This document shows, piece after piece, positions 22,644 through 31,701 of a DNA stretch of 64,000 nt (the stretch's first letter is position 1; each line of letters begins with the position of its first letter). The position numbers were made by a program, and so were the translations under genes. The notes below the pieces were generated by a model. That model ran no database searches. It was not told the origin of the DNA and was given only the letters and a program-made list of their open reading frames with translations. Origin of the DNA: an uncultured Bacilli bacterium (GTDB lineage: Bacteria; Bacillota_I; Bacilli_A; RF39; UBA660); NCBI GenBank assembly GCA_934102255.1, contig CAKOSN010000006.1, positions 11,574-75,573 on the forward strand, in the 5' to 3' direction.

Positions 22644-22931
22644 TTATTTTATATCTTTATAAATCTTACTAATTATAAACCATTTTGCACCATAAGAACA
22701 ATATTTTTCTAAATAATTATCTAAAAAACTAATTTTATTAAACTTATTATTACTTTTACTATCACGGTAAAAACCTTTTAGCCTTATAGCACTATAACTT
22801 ATATCCCCAACTATATAATCAAAATCATCAAAATATTCTGTTAGCTTTTCAGATATATCCATACTATTTAATATATCATTATCATCTTTTATAATGTAAT
22901 AAGTTATATCATTAATTACCTTTGTTTTCAT
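22644..22931 (-). CDS. YutD-like protein (DUF1027)
   Basis: 95-aa ORF. FDDFDYIVGDISYSAIRLKGFY...LDNYLEKYCSYGAKWFIISK matches the YutD pattern (YDYIVGDWGYGQLRLKGF...YCNFGCAYFVL). Confidence 0.65.
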   Translation of the reverse strand: MKTKVINDITYYIIKDDNDILNSMDISEKLTEYFDDFDYIVGDISYSAIRLKGFYRDSKSNNKFNKISFLDNYLEKYCSYGAKWFIISKIYKDIK

Positions 22932-23773
22932 ACTAACATGAGTCCTATCGTTATTCCTAAAATTATAATAAATCCAAAGAAACTAGCAAACATAATTAAA
23001 TTAATACTACCACTATTATCTGCTAAGCGATACTTAGTATTACTTAGTTTGTTAACGTTAGCCATTAATTTATCATAGGCCCTTATTCCTATCGGATTAA
23101 TATGAAAATAATTATATATACCATTATTAATTTCTTCTAAAGTAGCATTATTTACTTTAACTATATCAGTTTCACTAAGATTAAACAATTTATAAACACT
23201 CATATCTAGTATTTTATCTTTCTTAGGAATCATCATTATAGCATAATCTTTTCTACTAAAAACATTACTATAATAAACTAAAGCACCGTCTGGATTAGTA
23301 TTATATAATTCATTTAACTTACGACAAGCTGAATTACTATTTTTAGATGAATATAATAGATTTTTAAACTTCTTTTGTTCTTCTTTACTAACATCAACAC
23401 ACAATGTTTTTAAATAAAACATATCTATTAAATCTTCTTGAATTATTAAAAAATATGGATTTTTATATTGATTACAAACCTTATTATAGTTATCTCTTTC
23501 TAAATAATTATTAAGGTCATTAAAAAATTTGTTTACTTTTTCTTCACTTAAGCCATACTTTGTTAGATTATGTAAAAGACTAGCGGAGCCGTTCTTATAA
23601 CGGGCAAGATAAGGATTCATAATATCAACTTTACTATATATAAAGGTTAGCATCATCATTACATATACTAAATAATCAGTTGCCAAATCATGATGATTTT
23701 TTTCTGTAAATAAAACATACTTCTTAATAGCAGTATCAAATCCAATCGAAATAAATATATCCATTATCTTCAC
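22928..23773 (-). CDS. Hypothetical protein with a C-terminal TM helix
   Basis: 281-aa ORF with a C-terminal TM (INLIMFASFFGFIIILGITIGLMLV). It overlaps the YutD-like gene by 4 nt. Confidence 0.5.
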   Translation of the reverse strand: MKIMDIFISIGFDTAIKKYVLFTEKNHHDLATDYLVYVMMMLTFIYSKVDIMNPYLARYKNGSASLLHNLTKYGLSEEKVNKFFNDLNNYLERDNYNKVCNQYKNPYFLIIQEDLIDMFYLKTLCVDVSKEEQKKFKNLLYSSKNSNSACRKLNELYNTNPDGALVYYSNVFSRKDYAIMMIPKKDKILDMSVYKLFNLSETDIVKVNNATLEEINNGIYNYFHINPIGIRAYDKLMANVNKLSNTKYRLADNSGSINLIMFASFFGFIIILGITIGLMLV

Positions 23774-23940
23774 CTACTATCTCTATTTATAGTATACCAT
23801 AAATTCTAAGTTTTAAAAGTAGAAACTAATTTATCTAAAGTAAAATTTACATTGATATAATTTTTTAATAATAGATTTTATTTCACGAGTTTTACATAGT
23901 TAAAAACTTGTACATATTTTTTTCGAAATTAAATATCATA

Positions 23941-23959
23941 ATAATGAACACTTGTGATT
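23941..23959. repeat. Left copy of a 19-bp direct repeat bracketing the IS30-type element
   Basis: TAATGAACACTTGTGATTG here against TAATGAACACTTGTGGTTG at 25800..25818 (18/19 identical). Confidence 0.7.
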
Positions 23960-25799
23960 GAATTAAATTTTAAGTTCCCGTATTGATTATAAAATTTCAT
24001 TATAAGTTTAAGTTCCCATAATAACGGGGCTTTTTTCATTAAGATGTTGCTTTTTGTAAAATTTGTGATAGTATATATTCGTCGGAATTAATTTTACTCC
24101 ACGCAAAAAAGTGTACGAGTTTTAGCGTTTTTAAGACTAAGTTCCCGCCATTATTATTAAAAATATTTGATTTATGTTAGCTTATTTGCCAATAAGAATG
24201 AAGAAAATTTGTTTCTTCACTCTGATTAGCACATTATAATTCAAATGTCTTTTAAGAAAATAATATCATCTTCATTTAAGGTAACATTATCAGGTTCAAT
24301 ATAATCACAGTTCAATTTTTCTATGAGTTCTGGATATAATTTTTTAGTTAAATCGAACGGTGTTGCACCATTTAATGAAAGTCGTGGAACTGCATTAATA
24401 TTGTCTTGAAGTCGTTTAACTGTTTCATTGGTTAAATCATCAAAACATGTTCCTTTTGGTAGAACTCTTCTGATATACTTATGATTAACTTCTACACCAT
24501 GCTTTTCGTAAGAAGAGTATGGGTGACAGAAGAAAATATTGGATACTTTATTGCCTGTTGTTAAATCTCTTTCAAAATTTAAGACTGAGAAAAATTCTGT
24601 ACCATTGTCTGTAAGAAAAATTCTAAAAACTTTTGAGTAAAGGGTTATACCAAGTTTTTCTTTAAGCATATTGATCTTAGCATTTACTGATGCTGAGTCT
24701 TTTTTATTAAGTAGAAAAATCAACATGAAATGCATTTTTCTAATGTATAAAGTAAGTAGGCATTTTTTGTTTTCAATTTTACCTACAACAGTATCCATTT
24801 CTACTATATTCATTCTTGGGTGTTCTTCTGAAAATAAAATCCTCATACTTCCTTCCTTTTAATAAAGCAAGTTCTCTTTTGCTTGTACTGTCTTTAGTTG
24901 ATTTCCTTTTTTTATATCTGATTTTTTTAGGTAAATCTGCATTAGTTAAAGAAAATACTCCAATATCGACATACTTGTAAAATGTAGCCTTTGAAAAATA
25001 TAGGATATCAGGATGGTTTATGTAAACCTGATTAACGCTTTGCTTATTGTTTTTTATTAATGGAACGATTTGCTTTTCTATTTCATCTATAGATTCTGGA
25101 TTAATATCAATACCTGTTCTGGAATTAATAAGTAATTCCTCATAATGTTTTTGAGCTTGACGATAGTCATAAAATAAATGATTTTTTAAACAAGTATTTT
25201 TTAATGGACAGCTATTACAAACATATCTTTTTTTGAGAATGTCACATTTATTAATAGTATCATTAATAGCTTTCTTATCGAAAGCTTCAAAATGATAACT
25301 TTTAATATACCTGTTTCTTCTGACTTCCTTAGAAACAGTAGTTCTGTCTACCCCAATAGCTAAACCTATTTCGGTAAAGCTTTTACCTTTATTAAATAAT
25401 ATTTGAATTGTTTCTCTTTGAGAAATATTTAATTGATTATAATTTGTCATAAAAAATTCACTCCTTTGTATGACAAATAAACCAACGGGTATATATAATA
25501 ATGCTAAAGTATGCAAAAAGCAAATAATGGGGCTTTGCCCCAAACCCCAAGGTTTAACGACTAAGGGATTTCAAAAAAGAAAGTAAAAAAAAGAGACTAA
25601 CTCTAAACTAAGAGCCGGACTTCCTTTTTTGCATATCCATTACTTAGTACTCTGGTCGCTCCTCAGCGTAGCCACATCCCATAAGTAATAATATGTATTA
25701 TACTGTGTATACTAATAAAGTAAATAGTAGTTTGTATATTAGTTTTTAGGATTAACTTCCCATCATTAAGAAAACGGGAAGTTAAAAATTTATTTTATC
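23960..25799 (-). mobile_element. IS30-family insertion sequence (~1.84 kb, transposase frameshifted)
   Basis: Terminal inverted repeats: left AATTAAATTTTAAGTTCCCGTATTGATTA, right (reverse complement) AATAAATTTTTAACTTCCCGTTTTCTTAA. It contains the split IS30-type transposase and is flanked by the 19-bp direct repeat. Confidence 0.6.
24241..25450 (-). pseudogene. IS30-family transposase, split by one frameshift
   Basis: N-terminal HTH part (MTNYNQLNISQRETIQILFNKGKSFTEIG...) in ORF 24779..25543. DDE part (...NIVEMDTVVG, FLTDNGTEF, YEKHGVEVNHKYIRR) in ORF 24241..24846. The frames switch within GATTTTATTTTCAG near 24826..24842. A sequencing error in the T-runs cannot be excluded. Confidence 0.75.
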
Positions 25800-25818
25800 T
25801 AATGAACACTTGTGGTTG
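25800..25818. repeat. Right copy of the 19-bp direct repeat bracketing the IS30-type element
   Basis: See 23941..23959. This copy is continuous with the -35 box of the copy-3 sRNA promoter. Confidence 0.7.
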
Positions 25819-25843
25819 CAAAAAGTAAAAAATATGCTATACT
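25816..25843 (+). promoter_or_regulatory. Sigma-A-type promoter of the candidate sRNA (copy 3)
   Basis: TTGCAA-N16-TGcTATACT. Confidence 0.55.
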
Positions 25844-25898
25844 ACTTAGTGAAAGAACTTTAATGTTCTTAGATAAAAAAAGAGATACATTTGATTTT

Positions 25899-26419
25899 GA
25901 TATGAACCCCGTTTCTTGGACAAAGGAAACGAGGTTTTTTATATGAGCAAATTGAGCTATGAAGATAAAATAAATTTATATAATGATAGAAAAAACGGTA
26001 TGAGTATAAACTCGCTTGTATTAAAATATGGAATAAATCATGCAGGAATAAAATATTTAATAAGATTAATAGATAAAAACGGTTTTGATATATTAAAAAC
26101 AGTGAAAAATAAATATTATTCAACCCAAGATAAAGAAAGAATTATTAATCGAGTGTTGATGTATAATGAATCTATAAATTCAGTGGCAATCGATGAAGGT
26201 CTTTTAAGTAGGGGTATGCTTCAAAATTGGCTTAGGGATTATAAAAATATGGGTTATAATATAGTTGAACAAAAACATGAAAGGAGTTCTGCTATGTCAA
26301 ATAAAGAAAATAAACCTAAAGTTAGTGAAACCCTAGAAGAAGAAAATGAAAGATTAAAAAAGGAAAATTTATATTGATATGAACCCCGTTTCTTGGACAA
26401 AGGAAACGGGGTTCATATC
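25899..26419 (+). mobile_element. IS3/IS150-type remnant carrying orfA only
   Basis: A 33-bp direct repeat GATATGAACCCCGTTTCTTGGACAAAGGAAACG occurs at 25899..25931 and 26376..26408. The second copy extends into a perfect 17-bp-stem palindrome (GATATGAACCCCGTTTC...GAAACGGGGTTCATATC). The TGAAC... ends are IS3-like, and there is no orfB. Confidence 0.55.
25943..26377 (+). CDS. IS3-family (IS150 group) OrfA, HTH protein
   Basis: Translation is MSKLSYEDKINLYNDRKNGMSINSLVLKYGINHAGIKYLIRLIDKNGFDIL...ERLKKENLY. This is the typical OrfA. It stops where the leucine-zipper/frameshift region normally continues. Confidence 0.7.
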   Translation: MSKLSYEDKINLYNDRKNGMSINSLVLKYGINHAGIKYLIRLIDKNGFDILKTVKNKYYSTQDKERIINRVLMYNESINSVAIDEGLLSRGMLQNWLRDYKNMGYNIVEQKHERSSAMSNKENKPKVSETLEEENERLKKENLY

Positions 26420-26468
26420 ACTCACCAGAGTTGGTGTTTTTCAGTTTTCCCCTTTTTAAAGTTTAAAA

Positions 26469-26543
26469 CTAATCCCTTTTGCCGGAATTTATTATCTTGT
26501 CGATTAAGACCAAAATAACAATAAGAGCAACTAAATACTCCAT
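26469..26543 (-). CDS. 24-aa hydrophobic peptide, type I toxin-like (copy 3)
   Basis: ATG ORF translating to MEYLVALIVILVLIDKIINSGKRD, with AAGGAA upstream. Length and frame are conserved with copies 1 and 2. Confidence 0.55.
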   Translation of the reverse strand: MEYLVALIVILVLIDKIINSGKRD

Positions 26544-26708
26544 TATTTTCCTTCATTTCTAGGACCACCTCCTCAATTTCTAAAAAACAGGTTTAAAGAT
26601 TTGGACTGAGGGCAAAACACCTAACAATCAAATGTATCTAATAAACATGGTACCACAAAGACCGGTACAAATCTACTAAAAAGGCATACTTTATTAATTT
26701 TTAAGTTA

Positions 26709-27407
26709 TTAACTTTTAGCATTATTACTCTCGACATTCTTTTCTAAATAACCATTAAACATATCCGGAACTCTTCCCATTACCATACGACTTGCCAAAA
26801 GGATTTCATAATCACTATTAATAGAATCATCTAAGCCAAAATAAATAACATTAGAAATAAAACTGACCTTTAAATACAGCTCAATTAAAGCATTATTTAA
26901 ACCATAATTAGTTACTTTAGTCTTAATACCAGTAAGAACATTACTATTTAGTGCTAACTTTAAAGGAATACGATATCCTAAATTATTTAATAAAATATTA
27001 GAACTAGCAAGACCAATCGGATATCTAAGTACCATACTACCCCTTTTATTTTTAGCATACGCATCAACATCACCATAACTATCCGTCTTATTTTTTAACT
27101 CTTTTACAATATTTCCCATTAATTCATAAGCCTTAGCAGTATTAATATCAATATTTATTATCTCTTCTTCCTTATTTTTATCTAAAGAAATTAAATCATC
27201 AATTAAATTACTTCTTAACTCTTTAGTATCAACATACTCTTCTACTAATAAATTATCATAATACACAATATTATTTTTAACTATATTAATTAATTTAGGA
27301 CTTATTAACTTTCCTAAACTATTAATAGACCATACTACTTCTATTATAATTAATAATATATATATCCATAAAAAGTTAATTTCTTTATGTCTTTTAAATC
27401 TTTTCAT
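26709..27407 (-). CDS. YunB-like membrane-anchored protein
   Basis: 232-aa ORF with an N-terminal TM helix. RYPIGLASSNILLNNLGYRIPLKLALNSNVLTGIKTKVTNYGLNNALIELYLKV resembles the YunB core (..G..lL.nlGP.ip.k...G.v...........GIN). Confidence 0.45.
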   Translation of the reverse strand: MKRFKRHKEINFLWIYILLIIIEVVWSINSLGKLISPKLINIVKNNIVYYDNLLVEEYVDTKELRSNLIDDLISLDKNKEEEIINIDINTAKAYELMGNIVKELKNKTDSYGDVDAYAKNKRGSMVLRYPIGLASSNILLNNLGYRIPLKLALNSNVLTGIKTKVTNYGLNNALIELYLKVSFISNVIYFGLDDSINSDYEILLASRMVMGRVPDMFNGYLEKNVESNNAKS

Positions 27408-27480
27408 ACTAAAATATATTAAGCCACTCTAAAAAAGAGAAGAATTATTTTTTACTTCTTCTCTATTAATTTATCCTTAA

Positions 27481-28545
27481 TTAAAAGTTTATACCTAATC
27501 TACTTAATATTCCTAAATCCAGAACTCTATCTAGGACAAAAACAGTTCCTATAATAACGGCAATTACTATTAAGAATATTAATATTTTTACAAAAATACG
27601 CGGTTTGGTAGCTTCTTTTAAGTCATCAAAATCTTCAAAATCATCTTTAGTAAATATTTGTGTTGTTGTAAGTTCTATACTATCAGTAAATTCATCGGTA
27701 TCATCACGACTAACTACTTCGGTTGTATCAAAATCATCATCAGTATCATCTAAATCAATATCATCATATTTATCTTTTTTAGAATCATTTTTTACATTAA
27801 CCTTAGTATCCTTAACATCTAAATCGATATCATCATCAAGCATTTCTGATGCTCCAACTACTTTAGTATCTTCATCATTGCCAGTAAGTTCACTTAACAT
27901 ATCTAAAGGTTCATTAGACTTAGTATCTTCTAAATCAAAATCATCTAATAAATCATTACTTTCTTTTTTACTAACATGTTCTTCTTTAGAATCAGAAGCA
28001 TTTAATAAAGCATCATATCCTTCTTGTTCCTTTAGATTTATTGTATCGATAAGTTCAATTAATTTTTTAGAATCACTACTTACTTTACTTTTATTTTCAA
28101 ACTTTTCTTCTTCGCTAATATCTTCATCATTTAAAGGCTTACTTTTAGAAGTACTGTTTTCTTTAATATTTAAACCATCCAATATCGAAATATTCGTATC
28201 ACTTAATTTTTTTAATCTTTCAACACCATAATCTGTATTATCTTTATCTTTAGCTTTATTTAATATATCATCTAAATTATATTCTCTAGTTTCTTCTAAA
28301 TTAATATCTCTACTAACAGGATTATGTTCCATGTCTTTTAAAGTATTACTACTAGGTTCACGATATTTTTTATCAAGCATACTTTTTAGTTTTTCTACAT
28401 CTATAGTCGTAGTATTAGACTCAATTACCTCTTCTTTTGTAGTTGGTTCTACATCATCAATACTTTCTGCATCTATTCTTCTATAAAGATTAGCGTTCTT
28501 TCTGACGCGACTTGGTGTAGTTTCATTATAATCATTCATGTTCAT
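27481..28545 (-). CDS. Hypothetical highly acidic protein with a C-terminal TM anchor
   Basis: 354-aa ORF, Asp/Glu/Lys-rich and low-complexity, with a C-terminal TM helix (IFVKILIFLIVIAVIIGTVFVL). Confidence 0.55.
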   Translation of the reverse strand: MNMNDYNETTPSRVRKNANLYRRIDAESIDDVEPTTKEEVIESNTTTIDVEKLKSMLDKKYREPSSNTLKDMEHNPVSRDINLEETREYNLDDILNKAKDKDNTDYGVERLKKLSDTNISILDGLNIKENSTSKSKPLNDEDISEEEKFENKSKVSSDSKKLIELIDTINLKEQEGYDALLNASDSKEEHVSKKESNDLLDDFDLEDTKSNEPLDMLSELTGNDEDTKVVGASEMLDDDIDLDVKDTKVNVKNDSKKDKYDDIDLDDTDDDFDTTEVVSRDDTDEFTDSIELTTTQIFTKDDFEDFDDLKEATKPRIFVKILIFLIVIAVIIGTVFVLDRVLDLGILSRLGINF

Positions 28546-28660
28546 ATCATTACCTCAATTACTATTCATCAATAACATGATAGCATAATTTGCAATTTTT
28601 TGGTATTACTAATTTACTTTTTTACATAATTATTGATATAATTACTTAGGAGGAAATAAT

Positions 28661-28918
28661 ATGAAAAAATTAATAGTAGATGATAGTGTTTGCATTGGAT
28701 GCGGTATGTGTGCTGCCATGGATGATGAGCATTTTATGATAAATGATGCTGGTTTATCTGAAGTTAAGAGTCAAGAAAACCTTGAAAGTGAAACTTTAAA
28801 GAATGTTGTTGATTCTTGTCCAGTAAGTGCAATCAAATTAACTGAAGAAGCAAAAGACAACACAATCGAATTTGTTAAAAAGGATGAAAGTGCTGAAGCT
28901 GAGCCTATTGCAGCTTAA
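28661..28918 (+). CDS. Small ferredoxin (single Fe-S cluster type)
   Basis: 85-aa ORF with CIGCGMCAA...CPVSAI and a strong SD (AGGAGG). Confidence 0.75.
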   Translation: MKKLIVDDSVCIGCGMCAAMDDEHFMINDAGLSEVKSQENLESETLKNVVDSCPVSAIKLTEEAKDNTIEFVKKDESAEAEPIAA

Positions 28919-28927
28919 TTTTCAATT

Positions 28928-28963
28928 AAGAATATTACCAACAATTAATATTCTTATTTTTTT
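28928..28963 (+). terminator. Terminator after the ferredoxin gene
   Basis: AAGAATATTA-N8-TAATATTCTT followed by a T7 run. Confidence 0.65.
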
Positions 28964-28984
28964 ACCTTAAAAGACACAATTCAT

Positions 28985-29025
28985 AAAAATCCCTAGAACT
29001 TAACTTCATTCTAGAGATTTTTTTC
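28985..29025 (-). terminator. Terminator after the cysteine desulfurase gene (potentially bidirectional)
   Basis: TCTCTAGAA-N10-TTCTAGGGA on the minus strand followed by a T-run, with A/T runs on both sides. Confidence 0.6.
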
Positions 29026-30159
29026 TTACTTACTCTTTAATCTTATAAATCTTTGATATTCACCATGAAAGAAAGTTAAGAACTTATTAACTTCATCCAT
29101 AGTAGTATTACAAGACAAACTAATTCTAATGGTAGTCATGGCACGCTTTTTGTCATTATAAATTGCCATAACCGAAGTAGATAACTCACCGGAAGAACAA
29201 GCCGTATTTGTACTTATATAAACTTCGTGGTCTTCCATAGCATGAACAAAACTCTCTGGTTTAATATCCATTAAGCTTATATTAATAACATGATAAATTG
29301 AATACTTAGTATTATTAAATTTAAGACCAGGATAATGACTTAAATCATCAACTATCTTTTCATTTAACTTTTTAACATACAACTCTTTCTTATCTAAGTC
29401 TATTAAACATAATCTAATAGCTTTTGATAAGGCAACAATTAAAGGAAGAGGAGGTGTTCCCGCACGTAATGGAAAATCCTTGCTACTACCATGTATCAAA
29501 GGAACTATATCTACTTTTTCACTCTTATATAAAAGGCCAATTCCTTTTGGTCCATATATCTTATGACCTGAAAAACTTGCTAAATCAACATCATTTAAAT
29601 TAATAGGTACTTTTCCTAATGCTTGTGTTAAATCACTATGAAATATCGTATTAGGATTTTCTTTCTTAATTATTTGTCTTATCGTTTTTAAAGGCTGTCT
29701 TACCCCAACCTCACTATTAACGCCAACAATACTAACTAAAATAGTTTTATCAGTTATTAAACTCTTTAAGTCTTCTAAATCAATCAAACCTTCTGAATCA
29801 TTATTGACATAACTAATTTTAAAACCAATACTTTCTAAATAGCTAGCTAGTACATACTCTGAAGGATGTTCTAACTTTGATAAAATTATATGATTGCCTC
29901 TATTTTTATACCTTAAAGCTACTCCTAATAACGCCGTATTATTAGCTTCCGTCGCCCCGCTTGTATAAATAATTTCTTCCATTTTAATATTTAGGCAATC
30001 TGCTATTTGTCTAGTAGCACTCTTTAAAAGGGCTCTTGATTTAACTCCTAAACTATGCATTGAATTAGGATTTCCTATATAATCCCTACTAACCTTAAGT
30101 AAACTGTCTAAAACATCAGGATTTACTGGTGTTGTTGCACTGTAATCTAAATAAACCAT
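29026..30159 (-). CDS. Cysteine desulfurase (class V aminotransferase, NifS/IscS-like)
   Basis: 377-aa ORF with MVYLDYSATTP, SGATEANN, the PLP-lysine region FSGHKIYGPKGIGLLY, and active-site Cys context STNTACSSG. Confidence 0.85.
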   Translation of the reverse strand: MVYLDYSATTPVNPDVLDSLLKVSRDYIGNPNSMHSLGVKSRALLKSATRQIADCLNIKMEEIIYTSGATEANNTALLGVALRYKNRGNHIILSKLEHPSEYVLASYLESIGFKISYVNNDSEGLIDLEDLKSLITDKTILVSIVGVNSEVGVRQPLKTIRQIIKKENPNTIFHSDLTQALGKVPINLNDVDLASFSGHKIYGPKGIGLLYKSEKVDIVPLIHGSSKDFPLRAGTPPLPLIVALSKAIRLCLIDLDKKELYVKKLNEKIVDDLSHYPGLKFNNTKYSIYHVINISLMDIKPESFVHAMEDHEVYISTNTACSSGELSTSVMAIYNDKKRAMTTIRISLSCNTTMDEVNKFLTFFHGEYQRFIRLKSK

Positions 30160-30221
30160 ATTATCACCTTATATCTGTTCTAAGTATAGCAAAAATTTAA
30201 TAATTAATCTATTAATTTTTG

Positions 30222-31586
30222 TCATTGTCTTTTTTTCGTTTTTGTTTTTATTCTCTTTGGTACTTTCTCTCCGTTAATACCATAATTCTTTATCTTTTCT
30301 AAAGCCTTTTTTTCTAACTGAGCAACTCTTTGATGAGTAAGACCTAAAAGTATCGCTACTTCGGCTTTAGTTTTCATCATTCCAGAACCGTCTAAACCTA
30401 ATTTTAATCTAATAACATCTTTTTCTCTTTTCGTTAGACTACTACGCTTAAACAACTTATCAAGATTATCAATATATTCTTTGTCTTCATAAACTGTTAC
30501 AAAATCAATGCTATCATCCATTAGAAAATCACCTAAACCGGTTGTTTCATCTGCTACTAAAGGCTCATCTAAACTTAAAGTTTGTTTACTAGCCATAAGC
30601 AACATAAATAATTTTCCTTGAGGTACTTTTAAAATATCTGCCATTTCTTTTAGACTAGGCTCTCTATCATATTTACTATAAAATTCTTGGTAAACTCTTT
30701 GATAATCAGTATATAACTTATTAATACCAGCTAAACTATTAAATCTATGTTCCCTTGTAATTACATACCTTGACATTCTTTGTCTAATCCAGCCATAAAC
30801 ATAAGTACTAAACTTAATATCATATTGAAAATTATACAATTTTATAGCAACCAGTACACCTTCAACACCTTCTTGAACTAAATCTTCTATAGAAATTTCA
30901 TCCTTAACATACCTTTTTGCCATGGCATATACCAGCTTTATTACTCGTAACACAATCTCTTCAGCAGCACCTTTATCTCCATTTTTAGCTCTTTTTAATA
31001 CTTCTACTTCTTCTTGTTTATCAGTAAATGGTGGCAAACTATAAGATAAATAAGGACAATCACTTTGTACTTCTGAACTATTAACTTCTATCTTTTCTAA
31101 ATCACAATAAATATAAATAATTTCTCTTATCTTTTCATCCTTAATCTTAGTATCTAAAGTACCTCTTTTTATATAAAGCATGTACAAAGATACAACATTA
31201 CCTACTATGTTTTCTAAAGTGCTACTATTATCCAGTAACTTTTCAATTAATACATCACTTAAATTAACATCATTCTTTTTGCAAAATTCAATTAAATCTT
31301 CTAACTTCTCTAAATAATTTTTAGTCTTGCTTTTTAAATTAAATTCTATATATCTTTCTAAAACCTCAACCGGTTTATTATCTAATTTATCTTTTAAATA
31401 ACTTCGCATTTTTTTCTCTAACTTAGCTAAAAATAACCAGGTATTAGCAACATCTAAACTCCAACTAGTATATTCATCTTCAACATCTTTTACTGTTTTT
31501 CTAAATTCTAAGTTATCCACAAATAAAAATGCATATTTTTTATATGTTTTATCTAAGACTTCTTCAACCACTTTAATTACTCCCAT
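30222..31586 (-). CDS. Sigma-70 family factor with a ~190-aa N-terminal extension (paralogue A)
   Basis: 454-aa ORF. Region 2: DLVQEGVEGVLVAIKLYNFQYDIKFSTYVYGWIRQRM. Region 3: EPSLKEMADILKV. Region 4: TKREKDVIRLKLGL...AEVAILLGLTHQRVAQLEKKALEKIK. Confidence 0.8.
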   Translation of the reverse strand: MGVIKVVEEVLDKTYKKYAFLFVDNLEFRKTVKDVEDEYTSWSLDVANTWLFLAKLEKKMRSYLKDKLDNKPVEVLERYIEFNLKSKTKNYLEKLEDLIEFCKKNDVNLSDVLIEKLLDNSSTLENIVGNVVSLYMLYIKRGTLDTKIKDEKIREIIYIYCDLEKIEVNSSEVQSDCPYLSYSLPPFTDKQEEVEVLKRAKNGDKGAAEEIVLRVIKLVYAMAKRYVKDEISIEDLVQEGVEGVLVAIKLYNFQYDIKFSTYVYGWIRQRMSRYVITREHRFNSLAGINKLYTDYQRVYQEFYSKYDREPSLKEMADILKVPQGKLFMLLMASKQTLSLDEPLVADETTGLGDFLMDDSIDFVTVYEDKEYIDNLDKLFKRSSLTKREKDVIRLKLGLDGSGMMKTKAEVAILLGLTHQRVAQLEKKALEKIKNYGINGEKVPKRIKTKTKKRQ

Positions 31587-31701
31587 CTTATTTAAGTCTT
31601 TTATTTTCTAAGCCTTTTAATTTTTTAAAACTTCTTATCTAAGCCTTTTACCTTTTTTAGTCTTTTAACCTTAAAATTTACCACCTATTTAACTTTTCCA
31701 A

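Larger units (their letters stand above)
25800..26685. repeat. Type I TA-like repeat unit, copy 3 (interrupted by an IS3-type remnant)
   Basis: Shares with copies 1 and 2 the promoter block, the AGATACATTTGAT motif at both ends, the GAGGAGGTGGTCC block, the 75-nt peptide ORF and the right end ...CACCTAACAATCAAATGTATCTA...GGTACCAC.... Confidence 0.7.

Noticed and set aside
23971-24146. Repeated AAGTTCCC(G/A) motif at 23971, 24010 and 24139 (and inverted at 25754/25775), considered as a possible CRISPR-like or tandem repeat array.
   Set aside because: There are only three short, irregularly spaced copies. They coincide with the terminal and subterminal parts of the IS30-type element, so they are better explained as transposase-binding or IR-related repeats.
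25544-25700. Relatively GC-rich stretch (GGGGCTTTGCCCCAAACCCCAAGG...CTCTGGTCGCTCCTCAGCGTAGCCACATCCC), considered as a possible tRNA or small structured RNA gene.
   Set aside because: I could not fold it into a cloverleaf or find conserved tRNA boxes. It lies inside the IS30-type element upstream of the transposase start, so it is more likely IS leader sequence. It remains unresolved.
27605-28231. 208-aa Ser-rich ORF on the + strand.
   Set aside because: It lies antisense to, and entirely within, the acidic 354-aa gene. Its low-complexity poly-Ser composition is the mirror of the Asp/Glu codons. No SD is present.
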